A DNA stretch of 64,000 bases from Paragordius varius (Eukaryota > Animalia > Nematomorpha). Every line of letters begins with the position of its first letter. Position 1 is the first letter of the stretch. Location of the stretch: positions 8,308,001 through 8,372,000 of the forward strand of contig OZ176053.1 in the NCBI GenBank assembly GCA_964247055.1. Reading direction: 5' to 3'. The notes below the pieces were generated by a model that searched no databases, was not told the DNA's origin, and saw only the letters and a program-made list of their open reading frames with translations. Below are positions 36,898 through 50,900 of the stretch, piece by piece. Made by a program: the position numbers and the translations under genes.

Positions 36898-38400
36898 ATC
36901 ACTACACCCTTAGGAGAACCGCATTGGCTTCCGGCGAATTCTCTCGGGGTAATGACGCTCGATCGAACTTACATTAATACTGTTATTATTTAATTATATT
37001 ATCATTACTAATCTCACTATTTTACCATTTATTTTATCATTATTATTGTCATTACTATTATACTTATTGATTCTGGTCCCATACGTTAGATAATTGTAGG
37101 CCGGTTCTGTCCACTACATTGCCTTGTCGCCATTCGGAACCATGTTCATTTATATTATCCGTTGGTCTACTGAGAACTGACGACGCGGACTTTGTGCGTG
37201 AGCCGATTTTGGTATTTATCCAAGTCTAGGGGTGATACTCGATAAAGAGCATCGGAAATGGGTGTCTTTAGTGGTAGAGTGGATTAGGTTACGGTTAGAC
37301 AATAAAGTAGTAAAGGCTTCCTGGGGTGGCATATTATAATTTTTTATTTTTGCTCTTTTGCCCACTATTTTTTCTACTATCCCATTAATTTTAGGATGAT
37401 AGGGAGTTACCCTCACGTGTTTGATACACAAGCTCATCAGAGTTGACGTAAAATACGAATTATAAAATAGGAAGCGATGTCACTTATTACTGTCCTCGAA
37501 AACCCAAACCTTGGAAAGGTTTTCTCGTTTTTGTGTAAATATTAATTCTTTTTGGCATGAACCCATCTGACTACTTTGATGCGCTGTCAATAATTAACAA
37601 CCAGAAATACCCATCAACTGAACCAGCTATATCAATGTGTAAGCGCTCCCATATTACAGCATTCGGATCTAATTGTTCACATAAATTTGGCTTGTTCACC
37701 TGACAGACCTACATTGACTGTACGTTCTTACCAAATCCTTCTCTAACTTTTGCCAAAAACATGTAAACCTTTCCATCGCTTTCAACGTTTCCACATTATT
37801 ATGTGCAAGTATTTCACCAGCACCTGTAAACTTTCCGGAATAAGGATTCGATCGTTTAAACTACAACCGGTAAATTTCTGCAATCCTTTCCAATCCTTAA
37901 ACCCAGACAACTCAATATCGCTTCAATCTTGATTATGAATCGCTTGATTACATTTTGCAAAATTTTATCCTTAACTGTCCCTCTCAGGATCTCATCTCGA
38001 CTAAAATGAACGTTATGACAATGTCTTGTTACCATGCAATACATTTCGATTATGACAACATCATCTTCCCCAGGTTTTTGACAAGTAATCAGCTCTATTT
38101 TCAGACTCGCCTGATAACTTTCAAAATTATAATCATTAATTCTGTTAACCAATCCAAAAACTTTCGCATTCCGAATTTCTTTCAAATTTTTATCCCTATT
38201 GATCATCCTAATCAGTGGTAAGTGTTAGTGTCAAAATTTCCAACTTTCTACCATAGACAAAACTTTTTTGATGCAAAAATATTTGCCTTTAATTCCCTTT
38301 CTATCGCAAAGTTAGTTCTGTGGTATTTTTGGAACCATAGGCAATATATTTCCCTTCATTATTTACCACAAAATAAAGAAAATCTTTTACCGCATATTAA
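36898..38400 (-). mobile_element. Ty3/Gypsy LTR retrotransposon pol relic (integrase region)
   Basis: WERLHIDIAGSVDGYFWLLIIDSASK and IKHVRVTPYHPKINGIVEK (integrase core), plus TVKDKILQNVIK. A purine-rich stretch precedes TGTTAC at 36898, a possible 3' LTR start. Confidence 0.75.
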
Positions 38401-39249
38401 CAAAAATTTGACGTTAGATTAATTTTAACTCTTTCTGGCACTAAAAAAATGTCAATATCGATAATATTTTGCGTTTAGAATTATTACATATTAATAAATA
38501 AAATTTGATTGTGTCGTTTTGCTCTATAGTATATAATTGTGCGATAAAAATGCGATTTTTTGATTTTATCTTTTGACAGTCAAAATAACACTATTGATAT
38601 ATTAACTACATATATAATTTTGATATTCAACATCCCAAAGCATTTAGCTATATGATATAATTTATAAGGATTTATTTTGTGCTGCGCACCGTGTTTTACA
38701 ATAAATCATTGAATAGTCTCGATTAATAAAGTTTGCCTTATCCAATTATAAAATTTTTTTCGCATGAACTCCTTGAAAACAATTAGCTGATGAAATTTAT
38801 GTTTAATCTTTGGCCCATTTAATTATGCAATAATCAGGATTCGTTTTCTATATATTTCTCTATGTTTTCCGATGTTAAGGTGTTATTATATCAAAATCGT
38901 CTCACTAATTTGAGTCAAGTTGTTTTAAACCTTTCTTTTGGTTGGAGGAAAGAATTGATAAATAAAGTATTTTAGCAGATGATTTTGTGTGGATTGTATC
39001 TTAGGTCGATATAGCTAAGTCAATAAACGTGATCGCATTTTTTTCAGAAAGACTAGTAAAGTATTAATCGAGATTTACCAAACTTATATAGGATGAAATG
39101 GGAAAATTTGTGTAACCGGGTCACATATCGAATTATATAAATAATAATTATATATTTCGAGCGGGTCATAATGGTAAGCTATTTCGCCATGGAATCTTGT
39201 TTGTGACGCTTCGCGTTTTAAGTTTAGTTTTGCCATATCTCTTTTAACT

Positions 39250-41440
39250 GTGTCTAATTATTGCGTTAGGGCAGTCTCATCCCCTTATTCCCTTCACAAT
39301 ATACCGATACTTTTACCATCATTCCTTTCCATATGTACAAACCAGATATAAGGTTTAACATAATTTTTTGTGTTATCCGTTTCAATTCCGTACTTCCCAT
39401 AATTTGTCCCTCTTTACACCGTATATCAATATAATCATTCTCATTTCAGTAACCTCAAAGTGCTTCTCTTCTGATTTCTTTCCCATCTTGTTGGCTGAAC
39501 AAAGCACTGTAAATCTTACCCTTGACTTTTAGATCTGTATTTCATCGCACAAAGCAATTTGGATTTTTATAATTTGACCAACTATTTCGAATTATTAGAC
39601 CATGCGTTTAAAAACCATCTGCTTCTAGCCCTTAAATATTTAGACTCCTCCTGACCTTTTAATACCCAACCTTCGTCTAATTCTATTTCTCGTTTTTTCC
39701 ACCAAAATATATGAGTTTTGTTTTTATTAAATTTTAAACCGCACCGTTATACATCAATCGGTTGCGCACCCATTCTTACAATTTATGCACGTAAAGCAAA
39801 TACCAGTCACCACATTGTCCTACTTCTTTTATATTTCGTCCATGCACATAATAAATAGCAACCGACTAATTGACCTCTACGTTTTAATAAAGTCTGATAT
39901 TCCGTGATGTCTTTTAAATGTGGTATGGTGAGAGGTGTAAACTTTCTACGAATTTTTATGTAACTTTCAGGAAAGTTTTTTGGTCTTAAAATTTATCATA
40001 TGGTATCTCGTGGTATCTTTCGTCAAACGCTTTTTCAATAATTATTCCATGCAACTTGCTTTTCTATCTACCTTATTATTCAATAAGATCAATAGTTGAC
40101 TTTCCTGGAAAAGAACAAGATTGCCCTTAACCATTTTTCCTATTCGTTTTTAGTACTTTCTCCAATATATTCATTGTATGAGAGAATCTTATCCCACTCC
40201 AATTGTTAAAATCATTTTTATCTCCTTTACCCTTTAAAATAGGAAGAATGAAATACTTCCATTCAGAGGTATCATACCTGTAGTAACTATATCATTAAAA
40301 ATATCCGTTAAATCCAATACCTTAACATTATTCCAACAGTTTGCGATATCGTCTACACATGCAGCTTTATTTATGGATATTCTTCTAAACAAATCTGAAA
40401 TTCTTTTTATTGATATTTCAATTTGGGTAAAAACGTATTCTGGGGCTTTGGGTGAATTAATTTGACTGATCTATTCAAGGTCCTGGAAATATTCCTTTCA
40501 TCTCTTCGAAATTTTCACTTTATCAACGAGTATTACCGTTTTTGTTTTTAATAGCGGTGGCTGAAGGGGGAAGTCCAGTTTTCTTCTGTGTCTATCTAGA
40601 CCAATTTTAAAAATTTATTTTGTTTGACCATCTCACAAGCATTTTAATATCATTATCAATCTTTTTATATTTTCCTTATCTTCTGTTTGATGGGTAAACC
40701 TCCACATTTTAATTGCTTTACTTTTCTCTCACGATTTCAAAATTATTCTTTCGTCTTTCAGTCAGGCCTCTCCAACCTGATTTCTACCATCTTTCATCCA
40801 CAAACCTAAATTCCCATCTCACAATTGTTTTAGCCAACCGACACACAGTTTTTGAATCAATTTTATTACACCTATTTTGTCCCAGTCTTAAAATCACCAC
40901 AAAATATGATATCTCCTTTCAGTAATAACGTCATTTCTCCGACCAACAAATCATAATCTTTTTCCAGTTTAGTCAGCCCTATCTGAAGAGAATAAACACT
41001 AAAGATTGTGAAAACCCTCTTGTCTAACAATCTGTCAATACTTATCAGGCCGCCCGGCCAGTCGCTGCACGGAGTTAGGGGCCAATAGGATAATGTAGAG
41101 TGTGTTTGCCAGTATAAATGTTTGTTCGTTAAGAAGTAAATCATTACAATTAGTTACTATAAGGGCAAAAAGGTATTTCTTGTGCATTTAGTGCACTAGA
41201 TACCGTGTAAACGGTGTCAAGACGTTAAAAGTAACATTAGAAAATGTTTATCAAGTAATACTGTAGGGATAGTGTGTCCAGATTTGCTAATCAAGTAATT
41301 AAGGTTAGACGTGCTATCAAAAATTATGAGAATTGACATATTATTAGAAAGGAGGGTTTTTATTATATTTAGCGTTTATGCTCCTCAGATAGGGCTGACT
41401 AAATTGGAAAAAGATAAATTTTATGATTGGACGGAGAACT
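39250..41440 (-). mobile_element. Degenerate RTE-like LINE remnant (-) plus a short inverted APE fragment (+, ~41325-41438)
   Basis: Remnants IFSVYSLQIGLTKLEKD and IIFCGDF (APE), PILKGKG and EKAFD (RT). The plus-strand fragment reads IFSVYAPQIGLTKLEKDKFY. Boundaries approximate. Confidence 0.65.
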
Positions 41441-41912
41441 CTTACCGAATTAAATAAAGGCTGTCAAGATTAGATTTTCTATATTCCGATTTGGTTTGAT
41501 TATAAAAAATTGATAACAAAGAAGGAAACATTGGTTTGTACCATTATGATGGGACATAAAGCATTTTTTATTATTTGGTGTTATAAATGGGACGTAAAAA
41601 TGGAAAAAACATAGTAATTGGTCGTATCTATATATTAATTTAACAATTCTAAAAGGCATTTATGCATATATAGAAAAAATAAAATCTAAACTTAACTGTT
41701 TATGTACCTTTTACCGACAATGTAAATATATAGGATGATTCCAAATTGAAAAAAACCATTTATTTTATTTAAGACAGTATATATATATATAAGTGGTACA
41801 AAATATCAAAAATACTAACTATATTTAATGTGCCTATAATATTTAAAGAAATCAAAATTGATAAATTTTTATCGCCACTTTTGCACTTTAATAATAATTT
41901 CGAAGCTAATTA

Positions 41913-44900
41913 TCATGCCTTATCCGAATCTGTGGGGGAGTTTGGTTTATCTTCATTATTATCACCTAACAAATTTTTGAGAAAAAGATTAGTGGATACA
42001 AATGTCGGAGCTACCGCTGAGTTTGCATCCCTTTCTTCAATTTCATCCAGTACTATTTCTTTCTCTTTAACTTTAATAATTGGGAATTCGTGGTCACCAC
42101 TTTTCACGGAGCTTGTAGTTTCGAATTTCTCTTTATAACTTCTGCGTTCATGCTCAGAGTGGTCTTTATAAGATGACGATTCTTCCATAACAGGTTCTTC
42201 TTTATGTGTGTCATTGTTCCCAACCAACAAGTTTTTCAGAAAAAGATTGGTAGGCATAAAGGTGGCGGCAACTCCAGAACTTTCATTTCGCTCGCAAGTT
42301 TCATCCAAAATTATTTCTCTTTCGTTTACAACTAATGTCGGAGGTTCGGATATTTTAGTTGATGTGTCAGACAAATTAACTTCATTATCATTCCATTTAT
42401 TTACTCCATAACTTTTGCCTGAACGATTTTCTCTTTGCCATTTACTATTTTCCCTCTCATTCACACGTTGACCAGAACTATTACTTTCATCGTTAGCCCA
42501 ATTTTTCTTTTCCACAAACCTAAAATGTTTTAATAAGTTATGTTACATCAATTTAAATAATAATAACTCTTGTTAGTATGTTAATAATATTTTTTAAGAG
42601 ATAGTTTGATATTTGTGGTTTTATAAAAATAATAATTTAAAAATAATTATCGGGTTTAATATTATATTTCACACAGAACTTTATAGCATCTAAATTTTGA
42701 CTCTGGTAAACAATATTACCCAAACATGAATTGAAGAATTTTATTAAAAAACCAACCTTTTTTTGGAATCAACGTTTGAAGAATCTTCCCATCTGCTACT
42801 ACCACCCTTACGTTTTCCATACTGATTGTTATTACCCTTTCCAAATTTCTCGTAATCCAAATCCATACTTTTATGGACATTGTGTTCACCACCACCATCA
42901 ACGTTTTCCATGATATCATGCATACGAGTTTCATTAGGATTTGGCTGTAATGCTTGTCTACTATCATCCACATTAACATGCATGGTTGGGAAAAAATTGG
43001 GTCGAGACTGATTTCCCATCATACGTGGTTGTGACATAAAAGCTTGGCGAATCATGGTAGGATTTGGTAATCCTGGTGCTCCCTGTGGTGGTCCATGTGA
43101 AGATAAAACATTTTGTTGTTGTTGCTGTTGAACCAAGTTTCTTATCATGGCTTCACCAAGCCCTGGCCCAAACGCATTATTTGCCCGGATGAGATTAAAG
43201 TGTTGTCTCGTGGGCATAGTAGCGGGTGCAGCCATATTAATAAAATTTGGTCGATGATTGAGTGAAAATATTTGCTGTTGCTGCTGTTGTTGTTGTTGGG
43301 GATTACTACTTTGCTGTAATATGGTTGGTGGTCCAATACCAGGTGATACACCCCGTAACATAATTAAATTGGGTGAGGGAAGAAATGTTGGTGGTTGATG
43401 TTGTCGTATCATAAAAGCGTTTTGAGGTACACCATTATTCATGGTATTAAAGTTTGCAAACCCGGCATGGGGTGGTGGTAATGGAAGATTCATTGGCATA
43501 CCACCACTTAATTGTACGTTACCTGGTAATTGGATTGAGATTAGAGATGAACAACCACCGGTTCCATTATTAACCAAAGCCCCCGGATTTCCAGAAGGCA
43601 GAGAAGCCATCATAACGTTATTAATATTTGGCGGATTTCCAGCTCCCATACCACCACCACCACTATTCAATCGAATTAGTGAAATGCCAGGATTATTATT
43701 GGCCATCATAAATTGAACGTTTGATCCAGCATGATGATCACGTTCATTATTATTTTCATTTAAACTTGTGTTCTTCCCATGTTGATCTTGAGCTTGGTGC
43801 TTAGTATCTTCTCGGTTAACCACAAGAGAATTGATTGCTATGAATGATGGTATTTGTAAAAATTAAAAAATTATAAAAACATAACATTAAACAAATAAAA
43901 TCTTTTTATAAGCAAAGCCATACTTTTTAAACCTTAATTATTTAATATGACCTAGGGTTTTGGGTGCTAAATATGGGGATGGATATGATAATTAGTTACA
44001 ATCGCAATTATACATTTCATTTTAGTCTTTAGAAAACAAGGTTCCAAAAATTAGGGCTGTCTTTTTAAAAAAATATTTGTCATTTAGTTCTTGGGTTGTA
44101 CTTTATAATTTTAATTTTTACACATCCAATTATGAAAACGAAATAAACTCAAGCGTTGCAAAAATGTTACCTTGCATATTTGGAGGTGGGGGTGGAATAG
44201 ATGATATTCCTTGGATTTGCTCTATAGAATGCTGTAACAACCCTGTGCGAAACGGTCAAAAAATTAAAAAATAAATTTTTAAAAGTTTATTTACTAAATC
44301 CGATGATATTAAATTTTACCCTTTAAACTATCAGGAACGGAGTTCCAATCAATAATTGCTCCGTCAATCATTTGTTTAACATGGATATTCAATTGAATTT
44401 CATTATATGGAAAGTAAAAAACGCCATGCTTAATATCCCAATGTGTAGAAAAATTGGGTAAATCTTTCAAACTTTTGGGTGGTGACCAATCCATCTAAAC
44501 AAATATTTAATTTTAAGACATAATATTTTAAAAATAATCAATTACTTATTTAATTAAATGAAATAAGAACCTGCAAAGTTTTCCCAAAAAGATTGTGACG
44601 ATCCTTCATTTTGTATAAGATACGATTCGCATCAACTCTTGTTGCAAAAACTACATATGCACAACCCCTTGGTGGAACCATCTAAAAGAAATATGACCCA
44701 CAAAATTATCCATATATTTGAAATAAATGTACTCTTAATAATATTTTATATTCCATTATTGTATAATTTAAAAAAATTTATATCTATATATTGCCAAAAA
44801 ATATTAAGAAAAAAAATACATTCATAGATTCAGGTTCAATATCGTATTCCTTAAAAGCGGCTCGTAAGTCATCTTCTGTTGCTTGTTTGGGAACGCGTCC

Positions 44901-47900
44901 GATCCACAATGTTTTCGATAAAACTATACATTATTTATTTAAAAAAATCATGGATGATAAATTAAATCAAACATTATTTCTCGCGTTGGAAGATTAAAAA
45001 ATATAAAAATTACATTTTTAACAGATAATTTAAATAATGTTTAATTTTTGGTTAATGGTTTATTTTTAAAAAACCAAAAAAAACTAAGATAAAGATATTA
45101 ATTATTACAAATGCTAGCAAATTAATTAAAGAAATAACTATTAGATCCATTTTTATGCAGATAAAATTCAAACGGTGCACAAAATATTATTACCGGAAAT
45201 ACAATTTGATTTGATAGGAGGCATTTCATTTTCATCAAACCTTTTACGCGCAGAATCCTTAGAGCGATGATCTGATCTGCGATGGTCCCGACTATCGTCG
45301 CGTTTATCTCGTCTGCCACTAAAAATTAAAAAATATATTTATATGAATTATTATTAGTGAACTAAATTAAAATTAATCACAGTAACATACAAAACTTTTT
45401 TATGTGGATTTTATACATTAAAATAAAATAAAATTTCTATAAATATCTCCTTTAATCTTTAATTTTTCCTATTTTATGTGATTGCGATTGTGGAAGAATT
45501 TCGAAACCCAAAACGATAGGTTATAATTAAATCAAAAGTAATTTTTATAGCAATTCGTGTATCTTTAAATAATTTGTTATCCCTTTTGAGTTAAAATAAT
45601 TAGGGAGAGACTAATTAAGGCACTACATATAATTATTCTTATTTTTATTGATATCCAACTATAAAAATTCACAATCATATTAAATCGATAGAAACTTTAT
45701 ACCGTTCTTTATCACGGTTCCAAGATCGATCTCTACGTCTTTCCTCGCCCCGATTATTTGTTGAGGACCGATTTCTGCTTTCATTTCCACGTTTATCATT
45801 TCTACCATCTCTTTTGTTAGTATCTGGGATATTATTTTACATTAAACAATATTTCAAATTAAAATGTTTTTTTCAAAAAATATGGTAGTTCTTTATGTCA
45901 TAAAATAAAATTTCTATATAATTATTACCCGTCATTACATTCGTCCGATAATCTATATCCTTCGTGGAAGGGGGTGTTCCAATGTCAATCACTTCATTGC
46001 TAAATTTTTATACATTTAATATTATATTTGAAAAAATGACTTATAATCATTATATTTAATATAATGCGTTATTTTGATTTAGTTTCGTCTCTGCTAAACT
46101 TGCATTAGTTAATTTATTAAATTTTATTGCTGGAAAAATAATAAACTAAAAAACTTTTATAACATATTTGTGCATCCTAAGGCTCTTAATCAAAAAATAT
46201 TACTATCCTTTTACTCATATTGAATTATATAAAAATATATTAACCAATAAATATTTTGTTTTGAATGAACAAATTTTATCCAATCTTTGTGAATCCCTCT
46301 CATACCGGCGATTAAAAATTAAATTATATTTTTATAGCGACAAAAATACATATCAACATTTTAAAAAATAAAACTTAAAAATAAAAGAGTTTAGTGTTAA
46401 AGACCTTTCAAATGGGTCATATCGATCCATACCAGGACGTCTTGGAAATGGGTTAATGTTTGATGAGGGAGGCAGTGGTGGGATATCATCTTTATATAAT
46501 AAAAATATAATTTATATATATTAATCTGGTGATTATTCCAAAAATGTTTACAGCATTTTGTTAAAATTTTTAATGATCATTCTTAACTCTTACTTTTCTA
46601 TATATCATCCTTTTTTCATTCGTAAAAAATTTATGCACAGTCGAATCACTTTAAACATTAAAATAATCAAAATTCAAGCATATTATTATCTTATGAGACT
46701 ATTTCTATGCATACTATATTGATTAAACGGTAATGATGATGATTGTCGATTAAATGCGGCATATGGTGCATTCTGGCCTTGTGCTGTTACTAATAAAGAA
46801 AGCGGCCGTTCATTAAAAGCCATTGGGCCATGAGAAGGGGGTAAGGGAGGTAGGGGTGGGACACCTTGTGAATCATATGCCCCAGCATTTAAAACATTAT
46901 GATGACTCGAAGTAGTATCTGTATGATATGTCCCTAAATATATAAAAAATCATTAATAATAATATTTTTACATATCAAACCGACGTAAAATGTATTAAAT
47001 GGTGAATGTGCTTAATACACTTTAAAAAAAGTTCACGACATTGAGGCGCTTTTTTTACTTTTCAAATTCCCCTTATGTAAAAAAGTTGCGATGTAGGTGT
47101 TTTTGCAAAACATCCAAATAGGCCTAATATGTTAGTTCGCCAAACAGTAGTAGTAAGATTAGAGTTTCAATTTTTATCCCACAGACAGAAGTCATCTAGA
47201 AATTTAAACTTTTGTAAAAATTTGAATAAATTTCCTGATGAAGCGTGCGAAAATTAAAAAAATCTACATAATATACGGCGATCAATTTCCATTTTAACAA
47301 ACCTTAGTGGTTCTTAATTACTAGATGGAAAATTGTCTAAGAAACGATTAGGAATACCAAATTTAAAATAAAAAAATTTTCAAAATAATAAAAAATCATG
47401 TTATTAACCTGGTATGGGTGGTGGAGGGGAAAATCCAGGAATAAAATGACCATGGCCTCCCTATTATATAAAAAAAATAAATATTCTGCAAGTATGGCGT
47501 AAAAAATCGTTTCCTCCTTTTAAATAATAAACCTATAGTTTTACGATTTTAAAAATATGTGAGAATACCCAAATCTCGGATGCTTATATACAAATTATAA
47601 TAAATTTGTGCAAGATAATCCACAAACTACCTTTTTAAATACCAAAAACAGAAGTTACAATTCAATTTTATTTTTAAAGAAAGAAAGTAATAACCTGTTG
47701 AGAAACAGTTCCGCCGATTCTGGAATCAACAGCATGATCAAACATGTGAGTTGATGAGGTGGTATCAGGTTCCACTTGTTGTTGATTGTTTGAAATGAAT
47801 AACCCACTGCTATTATTATTATTATTATTGTTTCCAGTAGTTGACGATGAATTAACATGTTGGGCCAAGTGTTTCATGAAATCCGGGTTAGTTAATATAT

Positions 47901-50900
47901 TTTGAGCTGCTCTATATGCATACAGTAAATAGAAAGAGGAAATCTAATACTAAAAGACAAATGTTTTTTTTCCTATAAAAAAAAGAGAGCCATATTTTTT
48001 TATAATCTAAATTTTTGTTTATAACCTAAATGATTGCAATTGTGAAATGAATAAAGTGTGTTTAATACATTGCTAATCCTCATTTTGCAACGCAAAACGA
48101 TAGGTTTAAACTTAAAAATTAAATTTTAAAAAGATATAATAGCTATTTTTGTGAATATTTGTTTTTGTCTTTTATTTTTTTTGTTTTTTTATTTTCGATT
48201 GTGTGATTTAAATAGTTATAAATTTTAGATCCAAAGAATAATAACCGCGCTTAATGATGTAGACTCGCGGTCATTAGCGGTCAAATATAAATGCCCATCG
48301 ATGTTGTATATCAAAAATTAATGCAATATCTATTAGTAATGTTAATAAAAACAGTTAATTAATGGAAATCAGTAAGAAAGTGGATTTAATTTTAATTGAT
48401 ATGTTTTCATATAATAATTACAAAATGCTGTACTGTGCTATTATAATAAAATATTGGTGACAATTCGTAAAGTTAAAAATCACGATTAAAAGATGGTATA
48501 TAAATGTAAACATTATAAAAAACGATTTTAGCGGAATCTATGCTTCTTTTTCTATTAGTTTACCCAAACCTACAGCACGGAATGGTATCTGAAAGACTGT
48601 TAATTTGGTTAATTTATTTTTTTATGTTACGTGTTATACATAAATTTTGGCCTACTAGTTAATTTTGAAGCAATATTAATATACCATTTGCACTTTAAGA
48701 GTGTTCTTGAACATTTCAAGTTGGTCCTTGAACAGTTTAAATTGGTCCTTGAACACTTCAAGTTGGTCCTTAAAATTTATAAATTTTGATTTAACCATAA
48801 TTTTTGCATTTATTTTTTTATTTTATTATTTATTAACCTAATTTTCTTTAATTATTATATATTTATTCATTTAAAAATAAAAAAATTTATTGAAAAACCA
48901 CTTTTTTGTTCCAAACTTTTTTTTTCAATTGAACAAAATTATTGACTTTTAAATGTTTATAATGTTTAATTAATAACCCAAAAAAACTTATATATTTTTT
49001 CATTTCGTGTTAAAATCTTATAAATATCCAAAATTATTATGAGAAATTAATAAAGATATACGGTTTTTCAAAGATTAAAAGTTGATATCGATGTAAAATT
49101 TATGTTAAATAATAGAAAATAGGTTAAAAACAATAAAATAGATGAATTATTTACGATTTGATTGATAAAAGTTAAAAACAAAACATAAAAGTCAGAAGAC
49201 CAACTTGAAATGTTCAAGGACTAACTTGAACTGTTCAAGGACCAACTTGAAGTGTTCAAGGACACTCTTGAAGTGCAAATGGTATAGTAAAGGTCATGAA
49301 TGCATTCATAAACAGCACGTCTGACCCAGTGCTATGCATATAATTATTCATGCTTATTATATTATAGGTTAAAAAAAGTACAGTATGAATTTGCGATAAA
49401 ATTACATATAGTTTAACATACTTTGCAATGTTAGCGGTATTCTCATCGAGGTTAGAAACGGTGCCCGTCATATTGGATGAATGCAAATTATTGTTGTTAT
49501 TATTAATATCTTTAATGATGGATAAATCATCATCCTCATCTTCGTCGCCATAATCAAAATCCAATAGATTCTAACCATTACGATTAATATTTATTTTGTT
49601 TAAATTTTTATTAAGTGATATGCATAATTATAATTTAAAAGATAAAAAAAGGATTAACCGTAATTCAATATGATATCACAATTTTGTAATATTATAACCT
49701 ATTTTATATTTAATTGCATTTTTTAAACTTTTTTTCATATATATTTATGTAATCATAGGTGATAGCTTTTTATAAATATTTTTTTCTCTATTAAATCCAC
49801 AAAATACTGAAACACGTTTTTATTGCCTTTGTTATAAACAAGAATAATCTTCATACATCTTTGGCTTAAGAATTTCAGTTTATATAACTTCTAGAAGTGG
49901 TTTCTGGATTTAACAATTTATAAATTGACATTTATAGTTAAAAGATCTTTTTAACCACATAAAAATGAGCATACCAAACCATTTAAAATAAAATAAACCT
50001 ATGGAAAAGCATCTTAATCCAAATAATCAGATATGATGAACTTTATAAGCCGTAAATTATTTTTTTATATATTTACTAGCGTAAATATCGTGCAGGGGGG
50101 GGGGGGGGATAATAGCTATTATCTCATAGGAATTACGGTGCATTCATACTAATATATTGTTTACTTGGGCGATCAAAAAATTATTTTTGTGGACTTAATT
50201 TTTTTGAATAAAATGGCATTTTACGGGGGGAGCGGGTAAAAAGAAGCCTAAATTAAAAAAGCGAGCCGACTATGGTCGGCGCAATCGAAAATAACTAAAC
50301 AAAAATCATATTTGAAATTGAATGGTCCAACACGTTCGCCGGAAAATTGTTTCATACGATTTTTGTGGACTTCTGTTTTCAATAAACCGTTTTTTACACG
50401 GAGTGGGCCCGGACTGGGGACCTAATTCAAAAAAAGGCAAAGCTATTGTCGGGGCATTCATTAATGATTATATTTTATCGACATTTAAATTTGAATGGGT
50501 CTACCGGTTTTCCGGAAACAGATCACAAAACCAGCATTTTCCATTTTTATAAATATATAGATAATAATAAAACGCCTTTATCATATATGAAAACAAAACG
50601 CACCCGATTAAATCCCAAAACATCGGTTGAGACATGTGCGTTTTCCGACTTTGTAGCAGTTTTATTAGTTATCATTGATGGTGCATTACTCCCTTCATTG
50701 CTTTTATTTGATTCATTTGATTTGGTAAAGAGCTGAGCAGCTAAATCCTTGAGTTGAGAAACGACTTGCGCATCTATGGCTGAAGCCACGTGACTCCCAT
50801 CATTTTCGTTTTCTTTATTGGACTATAATATGGTAAAAAATGAAAAATCCAAAAAATATATTTTAAACTCCGCGATAGAAGGTGTCCAAGATGAATTGAA

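Noticed and set aside
47236-47260. CTGATGA...CGAAA hammerhead-like core
   Set aside because: Stem II closes with an A-C mismatch and no stem III or cleavage triplet is available.
50095-50108. G14 run (possible G-quadruplex) in a SCAF4/8 intron
   Set aside because: A single homopolymer with no supporting context, and its length is unreliable in assemblies.
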